Below are positions 46,348 through 54,600 of a stretch of 64,000 nt of DNA, in pieces. The stretch's first letter is position 1. Every line of letters begins with the position of its first letter. The position numbers and the translations under genes are program-made. The DNA is taken from sequence record NC_070936.1; one strand, 5' to 3'. Below the pieces are notes generated by a model. It ran no database searches, had not been told where the DNA came from, and worked only from the letters and a program-made list of their open reading frames with translations.

Positions 46348-47412
46348 ATGACCATACTGATTTATAAAGATACAAATTTCGATATGTTCACTCCAATTCA
46401 ATCTGTATTGGGAGTAGATGATTTAAGTGAAGAAGAAAAAGTAAGAGCCAGAGAAGAACATATCAAAGAACAACTATTGAAAAACCCTCGCTATTACTGC
46501 TGGGATTATTTAAATTACTATAGAACGACTAGAGATAGTGATCTAAAAGAAGGGGAACTCTATCAACCATATATCATGGTTTCATCTAGAGGTGAGATAG
46601 CCTGGTGGATGCCAGAAGAAAATGAAGTTCATGTTACCACCGGAACTCATTCTGCTAATTACCTGATGACGCATATATATGACGATGAAAAGGAAGCATT
46701 TAAAAATATCTACATTCATCGTGCCGTTGCTTCTACCTTTATAAGTAAAAAGGAATCGCATAAAGATATACCTTACTCTAAACTTCAGGTTAACCATAAA
46801 GATGGTAATAAATTATGCCCTCATTTCGGTAATCTAGAATGGAGTACCCAATCTGAAAATAGACAACATGCAATAGACACTGGATTAGTTAAGTCTGGAA
46901 TTGATGATCCAAATACTAAACCAGTACTTGGAACAGTCGTAGTAGATAGCATGTGGAAGGGAACACAGTTTGTTATTTATGGTAGAACCGCTATAAAGAA
47001 TCTTGGTTTAGATCCAGCATCCATTCAACAGACAGTGTCAGGTAAAGCTAAAACTACATATGGATGTTCATGGTCATATATAACCAGGGAAGAAGCTGCC
47101 ACGTATACAAACACAATACCACCTCAATTACTTGATAGAATGGTTAATGATGGTGTAACTTTACTATCTACGACCAAACCAGTTATGGGGACTATAGTAA
47201 TTCCTGGAAAACACCAAGGTGATAAGTTCGTATGCTACGGTGGTAAAGAACTAACTAAGTATGGTTTCCAGCAAGCCCATGTGAGCAGGGCCACCAAAGA
47301 TCCATCAATAGTTAGAAGCGGATGTGTTTGGGAGTATGTTGATTTAAGAAAGGCAGAGACATTACCTAGAGGAATAACTGAAGAACAAAGAGTTACACTA
47401 TTTGGTAAGTAA
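46348..47412 (+). CDS. Free-standing HNH homing endonuclease with two C-terminal DNA-binding repeats
   Basis: IHRAVASTF..QVNHKDGNK....GNLEWSTQSENRQHA (I-HmuI/HNH_3 type); two TKPV.GT repeats; AT-rich AGA/ATA codons. Confidence 0.9.
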   Translation: MTILIYKDTNFDMFTPIQSVLGVDDLSEEEKVRAREEHIKEQLLKNPRYYCWDYLNYYRTTRDSDLKEGELYQPYIMVSSRGEIAWWMPEENEVHVTTGTHSANYLMTHIYDDEKEAFKNIYIHRAVASTFISKKESHKDIPYSKLQVNHKDGNKLCPHFGNLEWSTQSENRQHAIDTGLVKSGIDDPNTKPVLGTVVVDSMWKGTQFVIYGRTAIKNLGLDPASIQQTVSGKAKTTYGCSWSYITREEAATYTNTIPPQLLDRMVNDGVTLLSTTKPVMGTIVIPGKHQGDKFVCYGGKELTKYGFQQAHVSRATKDPSIVRSGCVWEYVDLRKAETLPRGITEEQRVTLFGK

Positions 47413-47454
47413 ACATAACCTCTACTCCCATCACGGGAGTAGAGGTCTGTTATG
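47413..47454. terminator. Bidirectional hairpin between convergent genes
   Basis: cataacctctactccc-atcac-gggagtagaggtctgttatg. Confidence 0.75.
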
Positions 47455-48762
47455 CTATCTTAAAATTTGATCCATTGTCATAGATATTGTACGTAGTTGA
47501 GAAACATGCATTGCCTTCATACGAGTTAACATGAACTGTGTAAAGATGTAAACAGCTTCAGCGGAAACACGGTTTTCAATCTTACCCAGTTTCTGACCAC
47601 AGCAAATATGGCAGAGGTTATCTTCAGGTTGAGTGCAGTATTGCGGCACACGCATTTCAACTGTCTTACCAATCAGATCGGTATCTACCTTAGACAATAT
47701 CTTAGGTTGACCACCTACCATATGGAAACCACCAATCCAACCTTTAAAGTTATGTTTATTCAACTTAACAGTTTCAGTTCTTGGTGAACCACAATCATGA
47801 CCAGCTACTCTGATACGGTTAGTTAATAGAATAGCTACCTTAACTTCCGCACCACCTTCACCAGTTGCGTTACCACGGTCGAATGATGCAGAGATTGCGG
47901 TGTTGATATATTCAGGATAGTGGTCTGGATCCCAACCTTCATCCAGTGACTTACGTAACAGGTTATATTTACCAGTGTTAAAGTCAGGAACCATATCAAA
48001 GATAATGAACATCTTCTTACGGGCGTTATCAATAAACTTACCGTTAATGAAGAAGTCTTTAGAAGGACCGGAATATTGGATCTTAGCATCCAGGGCAATT
48101 ACTTTATCAATGGCAACAGCGACAGCCGTAGGATCGTCTAGCTTGCCTTCATCCTCTAACTGCTTGAGTAGTTCATCCCTGAGTTTAATAACCTCTGGGT
48201 GGACTGTGAGGACGTCTATAGATGATGCTTTAACAAAGACCTGGTTCATACCTTCCAGATAGTCTAACTGTTTAGTAACTTTCAAACAGTCATCTACAGA
48301 AGCTTTACCTTCAGGAACTTCTTGACCTGGTTCTGGGTTATCAACCATTAGACCATCGATGATCCCTTGAATGGTACCGCCAGCAATCTTACCATTAAAG
48401 TAATTGGTACGGTTCTGGAATGATTCAAAGAGAACAACGATATTGGTTAAAAAGATCCCTACAGTTGTTTCCATCTTTTCAGTGATGAAATCATGGGATT
48501 CAACGTCAACCGTAATCTTTTCATTCTTATTGAAAAGTGGCAGTGAATAATCGCCGCCTTCGATTGTAACCCTCTGACGGTTTTCATCAAGGAAGTATAT
48601 AGTTTTAGTTTCGTCATCTCGTATAGCAGCATATGGAACATCCTCCAACATCTTCCGGTTAGCCGGATTGTCGTGAACCAAACTAAAGATTGACATTAAA
48701 AACGATTTACGAATGTAAGCTCGTTTCTTGAAGGTGAGAAAGAGATAATCTAACTTATGCAT
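47455..48762 (-). CDS. Virion RNA polymerase beta-prime C-terminal subunit (phiKZ gp80-like)
   Basis: RGNATGEGG, DCGS, MRVPQYC.....LCHICCG, MKAMH. Confidence 0.85.
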   Translation of the reverse strand: MHKLDYLFLTFKKRAYIRKSFLMSIFSLVHDNPANRKMLEDVPYAAIRDDETKTIYFLDENRQRVTIEGGDYSLPLFNKNEKITVDVESHDFITEKMETTVGIFLTNIVVLFESFQNRTNYFNGKIAGGTIQGIIDGLMVDNPEPGQEVPEGKASVDDCLKVTKQLDYLEGMNQVFVKASSIDVLTVHPEVIKLRDELLKQLEDEGKLDDPTAVAVAIDKVIALDAKIQYSGPSKDFFINGKFIDNARKKMFIIFDMVPDFNTGKYNLLRKSLDEGWDPDHYPEYINTAISASFDRGNATGEGGAEVKVAILLTNRIRVAGHDCGSPRTETVKLNKHNFKGWIGGFHMVGGQPKILSKVDTDLIGKTVEMRVPQYCTQPEDNLCHICCGQKLGKIENRVSAEAVYIFTQFMLTRMKAMHVSQLRTISMTMDQILR

Positions 48763-49651
48763 TAAGTTTAACCTTATTCAAAATACTAGTTCCTTTATAA
48801 GCTTCTTCAATGGAATTACAATGTTCTTCCACCAAAGCTGTAAATTGGCCAACAATATCTGTATCGGTCATATAGGAGATTAGCATGAGGCTTAGTACAT
48901 TGGTCAGATAAACTGTGTTATCTTCATCAACTAAAGCTTTAGCCAGTTGGTTGGTGAACAGTTTATGATAACCATCGAAATCTTGACCAACACCGCCGCC
49001 ATTGACGATATGCTCTCCAGCAACAGTTCCTTTTAGGAATTCGCCATTGGCTTTGATTCGTTTTTGTAACCATGGATCTACCCAGGTCTCGTCATCTTGA
49101 TCGATCACATTAATACCGATCATGATACCACGAATAACGTTGGTAGAAACATCCTTGATGTAGTATTCCATGTTCTCCATATCAAACTGTGGTTGAACCA
49201 TTCTTACTACACGAATGAATCTTTCTTTAGGATCAGCTTGGTCATCATTAAGAGTATCATACAGACCAATAAGATCAGTCATACCGTCTACCATAAAAAT
49301 GGTATCCAATACTACGATTAATTCAGGTAATGAGTTTGGATCAATCCAGTCTTTATCAATGATGATTCCCATTATCTGCAAGGCATCAATGATTGTGTCG
49401 ATAAACAACATTCTCATATGTGCCATCATATCTGCAGTACCCAGCGCTTCATCCACTAGGATGTGGGTAATCGTATTGTCGATAAAGCTATCAGGAAAAC
49501 TGATTGCAATTAAATTATACGCCTGGTTGTATTGTGTAGCGTGTTCAGGTGTGCAGCGAGCAATAAAGTCCTGCCACATCTCACCAAGGTTTTCCACACC
49601 TAAATCTACGTTGGTAAGATCGATCATTTCTGACATAGGTTTACCTATCAC
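48755..49651 (-). CDS. Conserved acidic hypothetical protein (gp79-like)
   Basis: Coupled upstream of the vRNAP subunit; likely start ATG 49636. Confidence 0.65.
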   Translation of the reverse strand: MIGKPMSEMIDLTNVDLGVENLGEMWQDFIARCTPEHATQYNQAYNLIAISFPDSFIDNTITHILVDEALGTADMMAHMRMLFIDTIIDALQIMGIIIDKDWIDPNSLPELIVVLDTIFMVDGMTDLIGLYDTLNDDQADPKERFIRVVRMVQPQFDMENMEYYIKDVSTNVIRGIMIGINVIDQDDETWVDPWLQKRIKANGEFLKGTVAGEHIVNGGGVGQDFDGYHKLFTNQLAKALVDEDNTVYLTNVLSLMLISYMTDTDIVGQFTALVEEHCNSIEEAYKGTSILNKVKLNA

Positions 49652-49673
49652 TTATATTAAAAGGGTTCATAAC

Positions 49674-50429
49674 ATGTCCAAGAAAAACACCGCTCAAGTT
49701 AAAGCTGCTAAGCGTAATGCTCGTGCAAAAGCTAAAGCAAAATCAGTAGCAAAAGCTAAAGCTTGTCCTCAAGCTATCCAGCAACGCAAGCTGCGTGGTG
49801 CATTGGGTGCAGATGGACGTATCGCTGATTTCGATACTGTTCTGGAGAAAGCAGTTCTCGATATCAACAAAGGTAAGAAAGTTACCTCTGAGTTCAAGAC
49901 CACAACTGATATGATCGCTGGTATTAAAGAAGCAATCGGTCAGGTGTTTAAACTGTATTGCTACGTTACTCTCGGTAAAACTCTGGCAGATGCTGGAGCA
50001 ATGGAACATCAGGTAACCATTCCGATTGATGATATCTCCCGTGTACTGATGAACTTCGATAGCCGTATTGGTCGTCTGGAATTCATGGATAAAACTCCAG
50101 TTGAAGAACGTGACAATGTTGCTATTGAAACCGAAGCTCTGGATATCGGTACTAACCTGGCAAGCATCTCTGAAGATCTGTACGGTGAAGTTGCTCGTAT
50201 GGAAACCCATAGCTTGATCATGGAAGAAGCTATTTCCCGTATGGCTCTGGAAATCACTGAAGGTGAACCAGAACAACGTCGCATGGCTGCACTGCAAGCT
50301 GTGGCTTACAAATACCTGGCTGAGCTTAAGCTGCATGATGCCCGTGTTGAGAAAGAACAACGTGAAGCAGCTGACCCAAGTGAACACCTGACAGGTGTTG
50401 ATGAAGCACCATTTGTTCCACAAGTTTAA
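49674..50429 (+). CDS. Hypothetical protein with K/A-rich basic N-terminus
   Basis: aaggg RBS before ATG 49674; KAAKRNARAKAKAKSVAKAKA. Confidence 0.75.
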   Translation: MSKKNTAQVKAAKRNARAKAKAKSVAKAKACPQAIQQRKLRGALGADGRIADFDTVLEKAVLDINKGKKVTSEFKTTTDMIAGIKEAIGQVFKLYCYVTLGKTLADAGAMEHQVTIPIDDISRVLMNFDSRIGRLEFMDKTPVEERDNVAIETEALDIGTNLASISEDLYGEVARMETHSLIMEEAISRMALEITEGEPEQRRMAALQAVAYKYLAELKLHDARVEKEQREAADPSEHLTGVDEAPFVPQV

Positions 50430-50461
50430 TTCATCCATTTATCCTTATATAAGGTATTAAC

Positions 50462-52075
50462 ATGTCTGAGAATATTCCTCAAACTGAAATGCAGGAGAAC
50501 GTGAACAAGGAAGCTGCAATCATTGCACTTACCAATGCTCTCGTTGGTCCAGCAGATGACTACGATCCATCACTGCCTATGTTCCTCGGTACCATGAAAG
50601 AAGAACATGAGGCGATCTACAAAACAGCAGTTGCTTTCCTGGGTTGGCGTGATGCAGCTTCTTCCGGTAAAGAACGTGAGGCTAATGTCCTCAAAGATCG
50701 TTTCGAAGAATTACGCGATACTCACTTTGAAGGCGTAGAAGAAGAATTACTTGGTAACATGCTTACCAACTACTTCCGATTCTATTTCAATGGCTTTGAT
50801 CGCGGGATGGTTCGTAATGCTACAGTTGATGTTACTCGTCAACGTAAAGTTATCAATACGGTACCAATGAAGAACGGCCAACGGTTGGGATTGATTTCTG
50901 CGATTACCCCTACCGTTAAGAGCGAAATGGGTGTGCGTGAACGTATGCGTCGTACATTCCTCAAAGCTTCAGGTTCTCCAGATAGCTTCAACGTTATCCT
51001 GGCTAACTCTCTGATCTTCTTACGTGTTAAGATTCCTACTCCATTGGATCTGGTTCGTCTTATTAACGACATCGTTACCAAGCTTCATATGTACGGTGAA
51101 CGTTATAACCAAACCTCTATCCATTTGGAACGTGCGGGTATCAGTCAGATCCTGGTAGACTTCATTCTGGATCGTGTCAGCTACCACAGCGTCAAAGGTA
51201 TCGATGATCCTATCGAACTGAAGAACTATATCCTCAGTAATGACATCAACCACTTAGCCCAAGCTCTGCTGAAAATCACTTCCCCTAAAGGTGTGACTTA
51301 CCGCATGAACTGCCTGGCTAATAAATGTGGCTGGTCTTCCAATATGGTAATCGATCCAGCTAACATGCTTCTGTATGTTGAAGAAGATCAGCCTGAAGAA
51401 CGTCGGACTCTTCTGTTCAAATTAGTTAACGAAGGTCTTAAACTTTCTCCTGAAGATCTAGCGAATAACCCTCCTGTCTATAAAGACAAAGATGGTAACG
51501 TTCTGGATACCACGGTTGAACTGACAGAAGGTAATGGTCGTCTGGTCATTGATGTTCCTTATCTGTCAGAATACTTCCAGGCTTATGATGAAATGGCTGC
51601 TCGCATTAACCCTGAGTTACGTGAGTTGGCTGTTAAGTTTGCTAACCCTCAGGTGTTTGATGAGAAACGTCGTGAGTATCTGGCCCAGATGCGTGGTCAC
51701 GAATATATCCAATGGTTCCGTTCAATGGAGTTTGATCCACCGGCTGACTCTGAAGGAACTAAGGACGTTATCTATCGTGAAGAGAACCCGAAAGAGTTTG
51801 ATGAAGGTTTGATGGATATCTTCAACAAAGACGATCAGATGTATTATCGTGCTCTGGAAAAGGTTATTACAATCGCACCTCGCATGACCTATACCTATGT
51901 GGGTATTTGTGAAGACGAGTGTCCGAACTGTAAAGAAAAATCAGAAGGGAAAGATCAGGACCAGTTACATAACTTTACTCCTATCGATCCTATCCTGAAT
52001 TTTTTCGACCATACCCGAATGATGATCTCAATCAGAACCGGTCAGCAGAGTTTACAAGAGGACGGTCTTTCCTAA
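50462..52075 (+). CDS. Conserved protein with T4 gp26-like baseplate/tail assembly chaperone features
   Basis: CLANKCG and CPNC Zn pairs and C-terminal NFF mirror T4 gp26 CTCG...CPECG...EFF. Confidence 0.55.
   Translation: MSENIPQTEMQENVNKEAAIIALTNALVGPADDYDPSLPMFLGTMKEEHEAIYKTAVAFLGWRDAASSGKEREANVLKDRFEELRDTHFEGVEEELLGNMLTNYFRFYFNGFDRGMVRNATVDVTRQRKVINTVPMKNGQRLGLISAITPTVKSEMGVRERMRRTFLKASGSPDSFNVILANSLIFLRVKIPTPLDLVRLINDIVTKLHMYGERYNQTSIHLERAGISQILVDFILDRVSYHSVKGIDDPIELKNYILSNDINHLAQALLKITSPKGVTYRMNCLANKCGWSSNMVIDPANMLLYVEEDQPEERRTLLFKLVNEGLKLSPEDLANNPPVYKDKDGNVLDTTVELTEGNGRLVIDVPYLSEYFQAYDEMAARINPELRELAVKFANPQVFDEKRREYLAQMRGHEYIQWFRSMEFDPPADSEGTKDVIYREENPKEFDEGLMDIFNKDDQMYYRALEKVITIAPRMTYTYVGICEDECPNCKEKSEGKDQDQLHNFTPIDPILNFFDHTRMMISIRTGQQSLQEDGLS
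52000..52006 (+). other. Candidate -1 ribosomal frameshift slippery heptamer T TTT TTC
   Basis: In-frame X XXY YYZ site; the -1 frame is open from here to 52518. Confidence 0.55.
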
Positions 52076-52152
52076 ACGACTCTAACTTTGATCCCCGTGT
52101 TCTGACACGCTGTAGTGAACTCTTCATCGCAGCGGCCAGGGAAACTGACCAT

Positions 52153-52518
52153 GTGAAATTAGCCGTCTTAGAAAGGCGGCTTTTCATGATCAAGTATGGT
52201 TATATCGCAGAGCAAGAATCGATGAGTTCCCATCTGCGGTATAATACTAATACTAGAGATTACTTCCACCCGTGGGCAGCTAAGGTCATAGGCCACACAT
52301 TCGGGGCTAGAGAGTATAGTAAATTCATTCCTTTCAAAGACTATCTTGAAATGCCAGTGGATTTTATAGAGGACTTCATTGAAGGTTTAGCAGAAGGTGA
52401 ACAAGCTGTCGTCAAAGCTAAACTGGAAGCCGCCAAACGTGAAGCTTCTAAACAAGGTGGTGTTGGTGATCCTCACCAAGCCGCTATCGCTTTAGCTCAA
52501 AAGAGCAATAAAGGATAA
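52153..52518 (+). CDS. Small conserved protein, possibly the C-terminal part of a frameshift product (gp51/GT-like)
   Basis: FKDYLEMPVDFIEDFI resembles the tail-chaperone second-ORF motif; frame open upstream to 51973. Confidence 0.65.
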   Translation: MKLAVLERRLFMIKYGYIAEQESMSSHLRYNTNTRDYFHPWAAKVIGHTFGAREYSKFIPFKDYLEMPVDFIEDFIEGLAEGEQAVVKAKLEAAKREASKQGGVGDPHQAAIALAQKSNKG

Positions 52519-52523
52519 CTATT

Positions 52524-53066
52524 ATGGGTAACGCATACCAACCTCCTAAGTTGGAGAAACGTGAGAATACTGTTGTTAAACAGGTTAAAGATGAAGCCCA
52601 AGGTGATCGTGTACTGGGTGTGAGTTCTGTTAACATGCAAATGTCTGCTGATGATATCTATAAAAAGAACATCACTGACTTTGCTGAATTCCTGAAAGGT
52701 AACATTGCCGCTGGTACTTTGGAAGAACGTCAGAAGTTCCAACGTACTTTCTTTAACTCTATCCCGGCTATGCTTCGTCTGAGCGATGCTCAGGTTAAAG
52801 CGGTCCTGGATCACTTCCTGGTGACCATTGCTGAAAACCGTCAGGTATTCGATTACAGCGTAGTTCTGTCCCCACTGTACACTATCGAATCTCAACTGAA
52901 TAAAGTTGAAGTAGAACGTTACAAGCGCTTCATGCTGTTCATTATCCTGCTGTCTGATAATGCTCGTGATCGTCAACGTTTCCTGGCTAACTTTGACATG
53001 ACTAAGTTTACTAGCATGTTTGATCCGGTCACCAAACAACGTCTGACCAACTACGTATACCGTTAA
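52524..53066 (+). CDS. Conserved all-helical hypothetical protein
   Basis: aagga RBS, high-expression codons. Confidence 0.75.
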   Translation: MGNAYQPPKLEKRENTVVKQVKDEAQGDRVLGVSSVNMQMSADDIYKKNITDFAEFLKGNIAAGTLEERQKFQRTFFNSIPAMLRLSDAQVKAVLDHFLVTIAENRQVFDYSVVLSPLYTIESQLNKVEVERYKRFMLFIILLSDNARDRQRFLANFDMTKFTSMFDPVTKQRLTNYVYR

Positions 53067-53070
53067 TAAG

Positions 53071-53107
53071 CTCCCTACTCCCTCCGAAAGGAAGGGGTAG
53101 GGGTTTT
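53071..53107 (+). terminator. Intrinsic terminator
   Basis: ctccctactccctcc-gaaa-ggaaggggtagggg-tttt. Confidence 0.75.
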
Positions 53108-53129
53108 ATGTTGTCTATTGATTTTCAAG

Positions 53130-53150
53130 CAGATATTATTAACATGTATA
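53130..53150 (+). promoter_or_regulatory. Putative promoter
   Basis: cagatattattaacatgtata. Confidence 0.65.
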
Positions 53151-53154
53151 GGTA

Positions 53155-53685
53155 ATGAAGGAAACTGAAATGAAAGATACATTTAAGAATATAGGTGAGT
53201 CAGAAGTTAAACATCCAGTCCAAGCTGGCAAAGATCTGATTAACCTGCTGACTAAGAAACGTCGCCATGCGTTCAACTACGTCAACCCAATCCCAGCGGA
53301 ACAATCTTTCCGTGACTGTATTCATTATGACGCTCTGTGGATCGGTAGTAACACAGTTAATACGGTAAAGGAAATCGCTGCTCTGAGCTTCCGCACCAAA
53401 AACCTATTTGAAACTTCTATCATACACCCGTCATATAAGTGCAGGGTGGTTTATGGACAACCGTGTATTGATAGTGAGAGCGATGGTATTATTATCCCAC
53501 TTAAGGCTCATGGTGAAGACTGTCATGCACGTCTGTTCGTTTCTGAGTATCGTGATATCGTTCTCCAGGTTAAACTGGGTCGTGAGTTTGAGTGGTTGAG
53601 TCTACCAGTTAAATCCCACCAAGTTAAAGCAGCTTACGATAAGCTGTTTCCTACCATCCAAGTTCCTAACTGTCCCGTGGAGTAA
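53155..53685 (+). CDS. Hypothetical protein, distant paralog of family A
   Basis: FNY.NP..AEQSFRD, KNLF and LPVKSHQVKAA echo 45098/45697; likely start ATG 53170. Confidence 0.7.
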   Translation: MKETEMKDTFKNIGESEVKHPVQAGKDLINLLTKKRRHAFNYVNPIPAEQSFRDCIHYDALWIGSNTVNTVKEIAALSFRTKNLFETSIIHPSYKCRVVYGQPCIDSESDGIIIPLKAHGEDCHARLFVSEYRDIVLQVKLGREFEWLSLPVKSHQVKAAYDKLFPTIQVPNCPVE

Positions 53686-53687
53686 TA

Positions 53688-53966
53688 ATGACTACTTCTA
53701 CAGTACGCCCAGGTGAACTCACTAATGAGAAATGGGTGGTATCATCCAAAGGTCGTCCATCTAGTTGTGTCGAGATCTCTGCTGTCCAGAATGGCGCACA
53801 TGGTCAGATATCTTGGGGATGGCCAGGGCCAGATAAGATAATCGTACTTGATGATAAAACTGGTTATCATCCAGACTTACCAAATGCTGCAGAGTTAATC
53901 AAAGATGCTGAAGAACTCGCACAAGTGATCTGTGATCACAAAAACAAGAAGTTAGGTTTACTGTAA
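53688..53966 (+). CDS. Hypothetical protein
   Basis: ggag RBS, 92 aa. Confidence 0.7.
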   Translation: MTTSTVRPGELTNEKWVVSSKGRPSSCVEISAVQNGAHGQISWGWPGPDKIIVLDDKTGYHPDLPNAAELIKDAEELAQVICDHKNKKLGLL

Positions 53967-53999
53967 TAATAACCCTCACCAATAAAAAGGAAATACAAT

Positions 54000-54539
54000 A
54001 TGTTACTCAATCAAGAAAATATCACCACCCTGGCTCAGAAACTGTTCGATGCTATCAAAGGTGCTGAACCAAAAGCAACTTCCATTGAAGTTGATAATCT
54101 GGCACTCATCAAAATCATTGATACCGAATGTGACCACGGGATGGGTACCGATGTATTCGGCGTCTACGTTAATGGTAAACGTCAGGGCGTGATACGTCTT
54201 CCATCGGAACTGGGAACAGCCGACCCTGTTCGCGCCACACTATCTCGCCTTATTGGTGAAACGATCAAGAGCAAAGTGGAAGCTATTACTTCCCACATCC
54301 TCTGTGGTGAAGAAGGTATGCCGAACCCAACCTATGTGACTCGCACTCTTAGCATCATTAAGAAGTGTGAAACCACGCAGGGTATCATGGTATACCAGAT
54401 TATCGTTAATGGTGAAATGGTTGCTAACATTCCTCATGAAGGTAAGATCACCGAACATGACTGGATCTACATCACCGTTCGTGGTATTATCCACAACGCA
54501 GCAATGGATGGCGATTATCATCTGACCGTACTCGAATAA
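54000..54539 (+). CDS. Hypothetical protein with internal duplication
   Basis: IIDTEC..G..VFGVYVNGKRQGVI versus IIKKCE..G..VYQIIVNGEMVANI. Confidence 0.75.
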   Translation: MLLNQENITTLAQKLFDAIKGAEPKATSIEVDNLALIKIIDTECDHGMGTDVFGVYVNGKRQGVIRLPSELGTADPVRATLSRLIGETIKSKVEAITSHILCGEEGMPNPTYVTRTLSIIKKCETTQGIMVYQIIVNGEMVANIPHEGKITEHDWIYITVRGIIHNAAMDGDYHLTVLE

Positions 54540-54543
54540 CAAA

Positions 54544-54585
54544 CATAACCCCTACCCCTCCTTTCGGAGTGGGTAGGGATCTATG
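54544..54585. terminator. Bidirectional hairpin between convergent genes
   Basis: cataacccctacccctcc-tttc-ggagtgggtagggatctatg. Confidence 0.7.
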
Positions 54586-54600
54586 ATTACTTATTTTTTT

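Noticed and set aside
49215-49673. N-terminal 153 aa of the 404 aa track ORF
   Set aside because: Overlaps the minus-strand gene 48755-49651; the RBS and composition change point to ATG 49674 as the real start.
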